NCBI GenBank assembly: GCA_963718915.1
Contig: CAVRAI010000004.1
Coordinates: 1,019,706-1,051,705, forward strand
Source: an uncultured Chloroflexia bacterium
GTDB taxonomy: Bacteria > Chloroflexota > Ktedonobacteria > Ktedonobacterales > JADMIN01
Length of the DNA stretch: 32,000 nt
Reading direction: 5' to 3'
Below are positions 19,336-25,715 of this stretch, in pieces; the first letter of the stretch is position 1; the number at the start of each line of letters is the position of its first letter. A model generated the notes under the pieces. The model saw only the letters and a list, made by a program, of their open reading frames with translations. It was not told the origin of the DNA and searched no databases. A program made the translations under genes and the position numbers.

Positions 19336-20960
19336 GTAATTTGTTGAGCCAGATGAGTATCGATGAACAGATTGGCCAGTTATTCATGGTCGGGTTTTCC
19401 GGCAAGGAAGCAACGCCGCAGGTGCTCGAACTAATCCGGTCAGAGCATGTTGGCGGCATCATTCTGTTCTCGCGTAATCTTGGAAGCCCGCAGCAGATTC
19501 TCCAACTCACCAGCACACTGCAGGAAGCGGCGCGTACTGCCGGTCACCCGTATCCGCTCCTTATCGCCACCGATCAGGAAAATGGCACGGTGCGACGTAC
19601 CAACTCGGCCACGACCTGTTTCCCCGGCAACATGGCGCTTGGCGCGATCAACTCTCAGGCGGCTACCGAAGCGGTCGCGTGCGCCACTGGCCAAGAACTG
19701 CGGGAACTGGGCATCACCATGAATCTCGCGCCAGATGTAGATATTTCCAATAACCCCGCGAACCCGGTCATTGGAGTTCGATCATTTGGTGGTGATCCCG
19801 ACCTGGTTGCTCGCCTTGGGACAGACGCTGTGAGAGGGTATCGGGTGGCAGGCGTGGTGGCGACCCTCAAACACTTTCCCGGCCATGGTGATACCGATAC
19901 CGATTCACATCTGGCGCTCCCCATCATCCCGTTCGATATCGAGCGGCTGGAGGCCGTTGAGTTGAAGCCATTCCGACGAGCCATTGAAGCGGGCGCGGAG
20001 GCCATTATGACCGCGCATATCGCAGTGCCAGCGATCACCGGTTCTAGCACCATTCCCGCGACACTTGCGCCAGAGGTTATCAATGGTCTGTTGCGGAGCC
20101 GCCTCGGTTTCGACCGCGTCGTTATTACCGATTGCCTGGAAATGCGGGCTATTAGCGCCGGGGTGGGCATCGCTGAAGGCGCTGTGCGGGCATTACAGGC
20201 CGGAGCTGACATTGTATTGATCTCACATCGCTATGATCGCCAGATGACTGGACTTCACGCCATGCACATGGCAGTTGAGCACGGTGATGTATCTGCCAGC
20301 GTAATACAGGCAGCGGCAGAGCGCGTCTTGCGCCTCAAGGAGCGCCTGCCAGCCTGGGATGACATGCCCACACCAAGTTCGCCTCGCAGCATGGTAAACG
20401 CGGCGCACCAGCGCCTTGCCGACGACCTTTACGCGCAGAGTATCACTATAATTCGGGACGAAGCGAGCCTGCTCCCGCTCCAATTGCATGGGAATTCTCG
20501 GCTGCTCGTTGTGTTGCCATCAACGTCGCAGGTGAGTCAGGCGTCCGACCGAGAATTTGTCCCTACCGACTTTATTGAGGCGCTCCAGAGGCAGCTTCAT
20601 GCGGCCGCGGAAGGCGCAGGTGTTAGCATCGCGGCGTCTAGCTTCTCCGAACGCCCTTCCGCTGAGGAGTTGGTGGCGCTCCAGTATAGGGCGTATGAGG
20701 CAGATGTGGTACTCGCTCCGACCTGCAATGCGCACCTGCCACGAAATCTTGCGACTGCGCATGCAGTGATTCAGGCACTGCTTCAGACTGGCCGTCCGCT
20801 CGTTGGGGTTGCCGTATGCGACCCATATGATGCCGCTGCTCTCCCGCAGATTTCCAGCTGGCTAGCCACGTATGATTTTACGCTGCCTGCGTTGAATGCT
20901 GCCGCCCGTGTGTTGGTGGGCGCAGCGTTTGCGCATGGCAAGCTCCCGGTCACACTCTAA
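19332..20960 (+). CDS. nagZ: Glycoside hydrolase family 3 beta-N-acetylhexosaminidase
   Basis: IGQLFMVGF, GGIILFSRN, IATDQENGTVRR and KHFPGHGDTDTDSHLALP are GH3 NagZ motifs. ATG 19332 overlaps the upstream stop (ATGA); the track ORF start at 19254 is probably too early. Confidence 0.88.
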   Translation: MSNLLSQMSIDEQIGQLFMVGFSGKEATPQVLELIRSEHVGGIILFSRNLGSPQQILQLTSTLQEAARTAGHPYPLLIATDQENGTVRRTNSATTCFPGNMALGAINSQAATEAVACATGQELRELGITMNLAPDVDISNNPANPVIGVRSFGGDPDLVARLGTDAVRGYRVAGVVATLKHFPGHGDTDTDSHLALPIIPFDIERLEAVELKPFRRAIEAGAEAIMTAHIAVPAITGSSTIPATLAPEVINGLLRSRLGFDRVVITDCLEMRAISAGVGIAEGAVRALQAGADIVLISHRYDRQMTGLHAMHMAVEHGDVSASVIQAAAERVLRLKERLPAWDDMPTPSSPRSMVNAAHQRLADDLYAQSITIIRDEASLLPLQLHGNSRLLVVLPSTSQVSQASDREFVPTDFIEALQRQLHAAAEGAGVSIAASSFSERPSAEELVALQYRAYEADVVLAPTCNAHLPRNLATAHAVIQALLQTGRPLVGVAVCDPYDAAALPQISSWLATYDFTLPALNAAARVLVGAAFAHGKLPVTL

Positions 20961-20973
20961 CCCGCTTCAACGA

Positions 20974-21012
20974 AAACGGCTCTCGTGCGCATTATGTGCA
21001 CGAGAGCCGTTT
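20974..21012. terminator. Strong hairpin terminator after nagZ (possibly bidirectional)
   Basis: AAACGGCTCTCGTGC (20974-20988) pairs perfectly with GCACGAGAGCCGTTT (20998-21012). Flanked by A-run 5' and TTCAATTCT 3'. Confidence 0.75.
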
Positions 21013-21033
21013 CAATTCTAACGTTCTAAGGGG

Positions 21034-21080
21034 CAGGTGGGACAGGAATCGAACCTGCAACCTGCGGTTTTGGAGACCGC
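21034..21080 (-). tRNA. Truncated tRNA-Trp(CCA): anticodon arm through discriminator only (47 nt); probable prophage attachment-site remnant
   Basis: Minus strand reads GCGGT-CUCCAAA-ACCGC AGGUU GCAGG-UUCGAUU-CCUGU CCCACCU G. That gives anticodon CCA, a canonical T-loop and discriminator G, close to E. coli tRNA-Trp. The required 5' acceptor strand AGGTGGG and a D-arm are absent from the adjoining 200 nt. Confidence 0.8.
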
Positions 21081-21148
21081 TTTTCCTCATTCAGCCTAGT
21101 TCATCTTCTCACGTAAATCGGCTTGTTTCCCCGCATTGTGGCAATAAA

Positions 21149-21178
21149 GCTGTTCAGGGTCGTTCAAGGTCGTTCAGG
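21149..21178. repeat. Three tandem ~10-bp repeats (c)TGTTCAGG / GTCGTTCAAG / GTCGTTCAGG
   Basis: Read directly from the sequence. 10-bp register, lying between the att core and the first phage gene. Confidence 0.7.
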
Positions 21179-21182
21179 CGTC

Positions 21183-21220
21183 ATGCTGTCAGTTATGCTG
21201 TCAAGCATAACTGACAGCAT
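21183..21220. repeat. Perfect 17-bp inverted repeat with 4-nt spacer (ATGCTGTCAGTTATGCT gtca AGCATAACTGACAGCAT)
   Basis: The arms at 21183-21199 and 21204-21220 are exact reverse complements. Candidate operator or recombination-directionality site, or a hairpin. Confidence 0.7.
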
Positions 21221-21273
21221 ATTGCAACAGGCAAGAACAAATGTTCGACATAATTACTAGGTGATGGGGATAG

Positions 21274-22473
21274 GTGTCTATGAGCAGGCATCGTTCGATC
21301 AGCACAGATATCAGCACGGATAGACAGGTGGCGGAGCTGGCGGAGCATGGCCCGCTGCCCCTGCTGCTCTATACATGGGCTATACCACACGCCGACGATT
21401 GGGGGCGCTTGTCGGGTGATCCACGGCAGTTCAGGCTGCTCGTCTGCCCTGGTCTGGACGTGACGGCGCGTGACGTTGAGCAGGCGCTGACTCTCATCGC
21501 CGAAACAGGCTTGTGGCTCCGCTACGAGGTCGGGGGCAAGTGGTACATTGCCTTCCCTCCGGCGTCATGGTTCAAGCATCAGAACTACATCCCGAAGGAT
21601 AAACGAGGGAAAGATAAGTCCGCGTTCCCAGCGCCTGGGCTGCGGAATCCCACATATCAGCTCACAGAGGGGTCGGATGATCCGGAGGAGCGCGATTCGC
21701 CGCAAATCCCCGCAGATCACCGCAAATTGCCGCAGATTGTTGATGACCGCCGCAAATCCCCGCAAAATCCCGCTTCTCCTTCTCCTTCTCCTACACCAAC
21801 AGTTGATACTGATGGGGAAGATACATCTGGAGAGAGAGTGGTGGCGCCGGTTGCTTCGGCTTCGGCTTCGCCTCTGCCTACGCACGGCGCGCTCGCTCTC
21901 GTCTCTCCCTCGCCCTTATCAAAAGCCTCGGCCATCATCACGCCACTGAAACCAGTTCAGCCCCCTACGCTGATCCCCAAGCCCACGCCGAAGGTTCCTC
22001 CGAAAACGGCTCGTCCCCCTGATCTGCTGTGGGACGCCTGTGTGGTGGCCTGCGATGGCGACGGGCCATCCAATGACGCCGAACGCGGCAAGTGGAACAA
22101 AGGGCTGAAGTCGCTGCGGCAGAGTGGCGCGACGCCAGACGAGATAGCTATTCGGGCGGAGAGATACCGGCGGCGCTATGGAGATGGCATCCCGCTCAAC
22201 CCTATGGCCTTGGCAAGCAACTGGACCCCACTCTCAAGAGAGACCCAGGAGGTACACGATTATGGACACACAGGGAATCACACAGGCAACCGCAATGTCT
22301 CCGATCAACGAGGCGCTGGCGCGAGCGGCCGCTCGTCTCGCTGGAACGCGAACGCGCCGAAGCCGCTCCCCGATGCGGACTATTGGGAGCGGGAACGACA
22401 GCGCCTCGCAGCCGAAGGCAGGCTCGCCAAGCCGCGTAGTCGTTCAGTCGGTGAACTGCCGGATGTGCAGTGA
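21274..22473 (+). CDS. Phage replication initiator / replisome-organizer-like protein with a proline-rich low-complexity linker
   Basis: The N-terminus (ISTDISTDRQVAEL...LLLYTWAIPHADDWGRLSGDPRQFRLL...KWYIAFPPASWFKHQNY) follows a pattern common to phage replication/organizer proteins. The C-terminal part ends with ...LNPMALASNWTPL. It carries iterons internally and is followed by a DnaC-type loader. The family call is pattern-based only. Confidence 0.6.
   Translation: MSMSRHRSISTDISTDRQVAELAEHGPLPLLLYTWAIPHADDWGRLSGDPRQFRLLVCPGLDVTARDVEQALTLIAETGLWLRYEVGGKWYIAFPPASWFKHQNYIPKDKRGKDKSAFPAPGLRNPTYQLTEGSDDPEERDSPQIPADHRKLPQIVDDRRKSPQNPASPSPSPTPTVDTDGEDTSGERVVAPVASASASPLPTHGALALVSPSPLSKASAIITPLKPVQPPTLIPKPTPKVPPKTARPPDLLWDACVVACDGDGPSNDAERGKWNKGLKSLRQSGATPDEIAIRAERYRRRYGDGIPLNPMALASNWTPLSRETQEVHDYGHTGNHTGNRNVSDQRGAGASGRSSRWNANAPKPLPDADYWERERQRLAAEGRLAKPRSRSVGELPDVQ
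21700..21769. repeat. Iteron array: CCGCARAT every 10 bp (six copies, three ~20-bp units); candidate replication origin
   Basis: Copies start at 21700, 21710, 21720, 21730, 21750 and 21760. Followed by a 20-nt CT-only tract at 21773-21792. Confidence 0.65.
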
Positions 22474-23161
22474 CCTGGGCTTTGTGCGCGCGGACGTGCC
22501 TGTGGGGCATCCCGACTTTGGGCGGGCGGTGCGCTGCTCGTGCAAGGCGGATGAAGATCGCGCGGCACGCTCCCAACGGGCACAGCAGGCCAGCAACCTC
22601 AAAGGGCGGCTGCTTTCCAAGACCTTCGCGAGTTTTGACTGCTCGCGCTCGCCATCGGCGCGGGAAGCCTGCGCCATCCTGCGTGAGTTCGCCGATGCGC
22701 CGGATGGTCAAGGGTACCCCTGGCTGCTGCTGCGTGGCAATCGCGGAACGGGCAAGACACACCTGCTGGCGGCGGTCGCGAATCTGCTGGTGGCGCGTGG
22801 ACAGACGCCGCTCTATGTGGTCGTGCCGGATTTTCTGGATTACCTGCGTGCGGGCTACGACGCGGAGAAACTGAGTGAGAGCGCTTCACGCCGGATGGAA
22901 GATGCCCGCGCCTGTTCGGTGCTGCTGCTGGATGACTTGGGCGTGGAGAAACGGACACTGTGGACGGATGAGCAGATGTATCGGCTGCTCAACCATCGCT
23001 ACAACGAGGGACTGCCTACGGTCATCGCGTCGAATGTGAGCCTGGATGAACTGGAGCCACGCATCGCATCGCGGATGCAGGATACGTCGCTCGCGCGGAT
23101 GGTCGTGCTGGCGGGCGAGGATCAGCGTGTATCCAAGCGGATAGCGGGGAGGCAGTCATGA
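22262..23161 (+). CDS. DnaC/IstB-like AAA+ helicase loader with an N-terminal CxxC...CxC zinc-ribbon-like motif
   Basis: Walker A GNRGTGKTHLL and Walker B VLLLDDLG; the TVIASN region is sensor-like. The start is uncertain: ATG 22262 has AGGAGG 9 nt upstream but overlaps the preceding gene by 212 nt. GTG 22451 is the minimal start that retains the CRMC motif. Confidence 0.8.
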   Translation: MDTQGITQATAMSPINEALARAAARLAGTRTRRSRSPMRTIGSGNDSASQPKAGSPSRVVVQSVNCRMCSDLGFVRADVPVGHPDFGRAVRCSCKADEDRAARSQRAQQASNLKGRLLSKTFASFDCSRSPSAREACAILREFADAPDGQGYPWLLLRGNRGTGKTHLLAAVANLLVARGQTPLYVVVPDFLDYLRAGYDAEKLSESASRRMEDARACSVLLLDDLGVEKRTLWTDEQMYRLLNHRYNEGLPTVIASNVSLDELEPRIASRMQDTSLARMVVLAGEDQRVSKRIAGRQS

Positions 23162-23697
23162 AAGTGATTTCACTTTGGCAGCCTTGGGCTACCTTGCTTG
23201 CTTCAGGGGCGAAAAGAATCGAGACGCGTTCATGGGCGCCACGTGGATTGAAGCCGGGACAACTGGTAGCCATTCATGCCGCCAAACGCTGGACAGCCGA
23301 AGAACAGGAACTTTGTCAGTATGACCCGGCCTTCGCGCGCGCTCTGGCTCACGCCACTGAGCGTGGCCTATGGAATCTTGTTAGCCCACCGCTTGGCTGT
23401 GTTGTCGCCATCGCACGGTTTGACAAAGCCATACCGACCTACCAGTTTTTCAAGAGCAAGGGCGAAGCGCCTATCTATCGACTTTCCGAGGATGAGGCGG
23501 ACTTCGGTAACTACGGCCCCAACCGCTACGGCTGGATATTCTCCGAGGTCAGGCCGCTAGAGCCAATCCCGCTACGTGGCCAGCAAGGACTATTTGAATG
23601 GACAGTGCGGGGATGTGATCTGCACTACCTTGAGCCACGTAACGTAATGGTTGTGCTGCGGGGCGAGGATCAGCGGATGGTCGGGAGACGGTCATGA
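23158..23697 (+). CDS. ASCH-domain protein
   Basis: The MKVISLWQPWATLLASGAKRIETRSW N-terminus is typical of the ASCH/PUA-like fold. ATGA coupling to the loader gene. Confidence 0.7.
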   Translation: MKVISLWQPWATLLASGAKRIETRSWAPRGLKPGQLVAIHAAKRWTAEEQELCQYDPAFARALAHATERGLWNLVSPPLGCVVAIARFDKAIPTYQFFKSKGEAPIYRLSEDEADFGNYGPNRYGWIFSEVRPLEPIPLRGQQGLFEWTVRGCDLHYLEPRNVMVVLRGEDQRMVGRRS

Positions 23698-23731
23698 GCG
23701 CAGCGCAAGAGCGGTACAGGCGGGGTGTGTC

Positions 23732-24628
23732 ATGACGAGCGCGACTATGTGTAAGCCGTATGCGGTCGGGCATGCCTCGCCTATGGGCAATTCGGAGGGT
23801 AAGCCATTCACTTTCTATACGACGGTGAGCAGTGACTTGGTGCGCTCGTACATGCCGGATGTGCCAGTGCTGTTGCCTGCCTCGTCCTGGGCGCGCAAGA
23901 TGAACCGCTTCGGGGTCATGCGTCCACCGAAGCTGCCAGATCACGTCACCGAGCGGGCGGCAGACTGTGGCGGGTATGTCGCCACGTTCAAGTGGGGTGA
24001 CTACCGCTTTAGCCCGCAGCAATACGTTGACTGGCTCCAGACGTGGCAACCTCAATGGGCGGCGACGATGGATTACTGCTGTGAGGATGAGATCACGAGC
24101 GGCAACACAGGTGTTGTCAGAGCGCGGCAGCAACGGACTACCGAGATGGCCTATCACTTTTGGCAGGAGTACAAGCGCGCCCGATGGTGCTGGGTTCCCA
24201 CGGTGCAGGGCTGGCAGCCAGAAGACTATCGCCAGCATGCGCGTGAACTCGCGCCACTCATCGCCGAGATGGCCGATTACTACGGGCCGGGGTCAGACTT
24301 CCGCGTGGGCATTGGGACGCTCTGCCGCCGCGCCGATGTGCCGACCATCGTACGCATTACCGAGATTGTCGCTGCGGAACTGCCCGGAATTTCGCTCCAC
24401 ATCTGGGGCGTCAAGATCACGGCGCTGCGCCACCGGATCGCGCTACCTCGCGCCATTCGGAGTTGCGATAGCGCTGCATGGGAGGGCGCATTCGGCCAGG
24501 GACACGAAGCTCGCCGCGCTTCGGGCCTGACGGAGCGGGAATATGCCTATAAAGTTGCGCTGCCTCGCTATCTGCGCAAGGTGGAGGCGGCGCTCGATGC
24601 GCCCAAGCAGCAACGGCTGTTCGGGTAG
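23732..24628 (+). CDS. dpdA: tRNA-guanine-transglycosylase-superfamily protein, DpdA-like (candidate DNA 7-deazaguanine transglycosylase)
   Basis: Ordered motifs resemble phage/bacterial DpdA: DCGGY (cf. TGT DSGGF), WAATMDY, VPTVQGWQPEDY, FRVGIGTLCRR, LHIWGVKITAL, CDSAAW. The start is uncertain (ATG 23732 or 23747; the ORF is open from 23651). Confidence 0.65.
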   Translation: MTSATMCKPYAVGHASPMGNSEGKPFTFYTTVSSDLVRSYMPDVPVLLPASSWARKMNRFGVMRPPKLPDHVTERAADCGGYVATFKWGDYRFSPQQYVDWLQTWQPQWAATMDYCCEDEITSGNTGVVRARQQRTTEMAYHFWQEYKRARWCWVPTVQGWQPEDYRQHARELAPLIAEMADYYGPGSDFRVGIGTLCRRADVPTIVRITEIVAAELPGISLHIWGVKITALRHRIALPRAIRSCDSAAWEGAFGQGHEARRASGLTEREYAYKVALPRYLRKVEAALDAPKQQRLFG

Positions 24629-24763
24629 TCTAACGCCAAATCTTTTGTCAAACGTTTGGATGAATCAGTCAATTGAAGTTGACGGAAGACACGTGAAGCG
24701 ATACGATAGAAGCACGCGGGAAAGAACGCATGTTCTTGACAGTGGTAGACAGGCGGTGGCGCG

Positions 24764-25123
24764 ATGGCAGCTGCAGAGATGGCGGCAGTGGCGGTGGGAC
24801 TGAGGGCGGGACTGATAGCTGATCGGATGAGTGGCCTGAATGCGTTTCAGCGGGCGTATCTGGAGACGCTGATGACGCTGGCGAGTTGGCGGGTGGCGCA
24901 GGATTGCGAGATGCAGGTGGCGCATTGGGCTTATCGAGGGCGATGGCGTCCCATGCTGACCTGCTCGATGCGCGCGCACTGTACGAAGAAGGCGCATCGG
25001 GCCTATACTCGGCGCGGGCGCGTTACCTTCGCCTCTCGTCGCTCGTGGCCATGCCAGGCTGGGATGCAGGCTGGTTCTCGCGCCGGGGTGCAGGCTGCTG
25101 CCGCTTACCTGGGGAGTCGGTAG
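24764..25123 (+). CDS. Hypothetical protein; only the first ~60 codons look coding
   Basis: MAAAEMAAVAVGLRAGLIADRMSGLNAFQRAYLETLMTLASWRVAQDCEMQVAHWAY looks protein-like. Beyond ~24945 this frame turns R/C-rich while the -1 frame becomes coding. Confidence 0.35.
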   Translation: MAAAEMAAVAVGLRAGLIADRMSGLNAFQRAYLETLMTLASWRVAQDCEMQVAHWAYRGRWRPMLTCSMRAHCTKKAHRAYTRRGRVTFASRRSWPCQAGMQAGSRAGVQAAAAYLGSR

Positions 25124-25665
25124 CTGTGTTCGGCCCCTATCATCACCGGCCTGACCCGCCATCCTACGGCAACGTCTACGGCCCGGATGGGAAGCCGATT
25201 CAGCCGCCGCCAGCAGAACCTGGCTCAGATGGCACGGACTATGGGCGCGTGCATGAGGGCGTTGATCAGTGGGGTGTGCCCATCCAACCCGGCCAGGTGG
25301 CAAACAAGAAGTCCAAGAAGTCGCAGCAGCAGAGCAGGCGAAAGAGGAAGAAAGTGGCAAAGCCGAAGAAACCCAAGGCGGTACGCATCCGGCCAGCGGC
25401 AGGGGCAGGCTCGGCAGGCAAGGCGACCCAAGCCTATCCAACCGCCAGCCAGGCAACGGGCGGCGCGCTGCCGGTGCGTGAACTCGATCCGCTCTCGCAG
25501 GTTGGCCTCTCAGGCATCCTGATCGACCTCATCAATCACGGCTCGGTCAGCGTCTCGCACAGTTTTCAGGCATGGCAGCGGGAGCAGGACAGGCTGACCA
25601 ATCGGACGTGGCGACGACCAGGTGGGCTACAGAAGCCAGCCGGAAGGATTGTAGCCAGATTGTAG
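24943..25665 (+). CDS. Hypothetical protein with a strongly basic K/R tract
   Basis: High third-position GC from ATG 24943. Contains ANKKSKKSQQQSRRKRKKVAKPKKPKAVRIRP. The stop lies in the second copy of an 11-bp tandem duplication. ATG 24886 is an alternative start. Confidence 0.55.
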   Translation: MASHADLLDARALYEEGASGLYSARARYLRLSSLVAMPGWDAGWFSRRGAGCCRLPGESVAVFGPYHHRPDPPSYGNVYGPDGKPIQPPPAEPGSDGTDYGRVHEGVDQWGVPIQPGQVANKKSKKSQQQSRRKRKKVAKPKKPKAVRIRPAAGAGSAGKATQAYPTASQATGGALPVRELDPLSQVGLSGILIDLINHGSVSVSHSFQAWQREQDRLTNRTWRRPGGLQKPAGRIVARL

Positions 25666-25669
25666 CCAG
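25648..25669. repeat. Perfect 11-bp tandem duplication ATTGTAGCCAG x2
   Basis: 25648-25658 equals 25659-25669. The TAG stop of the preceding ORF (25663-25665) is inside copy 2. Confidence 0.9.
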
Positions 25670-25715
25670 CGGGATTATAACGTATCGGTTATATTGTGTG
25701 GTGGGGTGGTGATGT

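Noticed and set aside
21034-21130. An intact tRNA-Trp gene.
   Set aside because: The 5' acceptor strand (AGGTGGG; CCCACCT on the plus strand) and a D-arm are absent from 21081-21270. Only the 3' 47 nt fold canonically.
20996-21214. ORF 20996..21214(+) (72 aa) and ORF 21193..21390(-) as small phage regulators.
   Set aside because: They span the terminator, the tRNA fragment and the repeat arrays. They have no RBS and no HTH-like pattern.
21700-21769. CRISPR-like or other spaced repeat array.
   Set aside because: The units are only 8-20 bp, contiguous and inside a coding region, with no spacers or cas genes. Iterons are the better explanation.
24543-24803. ORF 24543..24803(+) overlapping the DpdA-like gene's 3' end.
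   Set aside because: It is W/R-rich and out of frame with a well-supported gene. It also spans an AT-richer intergenic segment.
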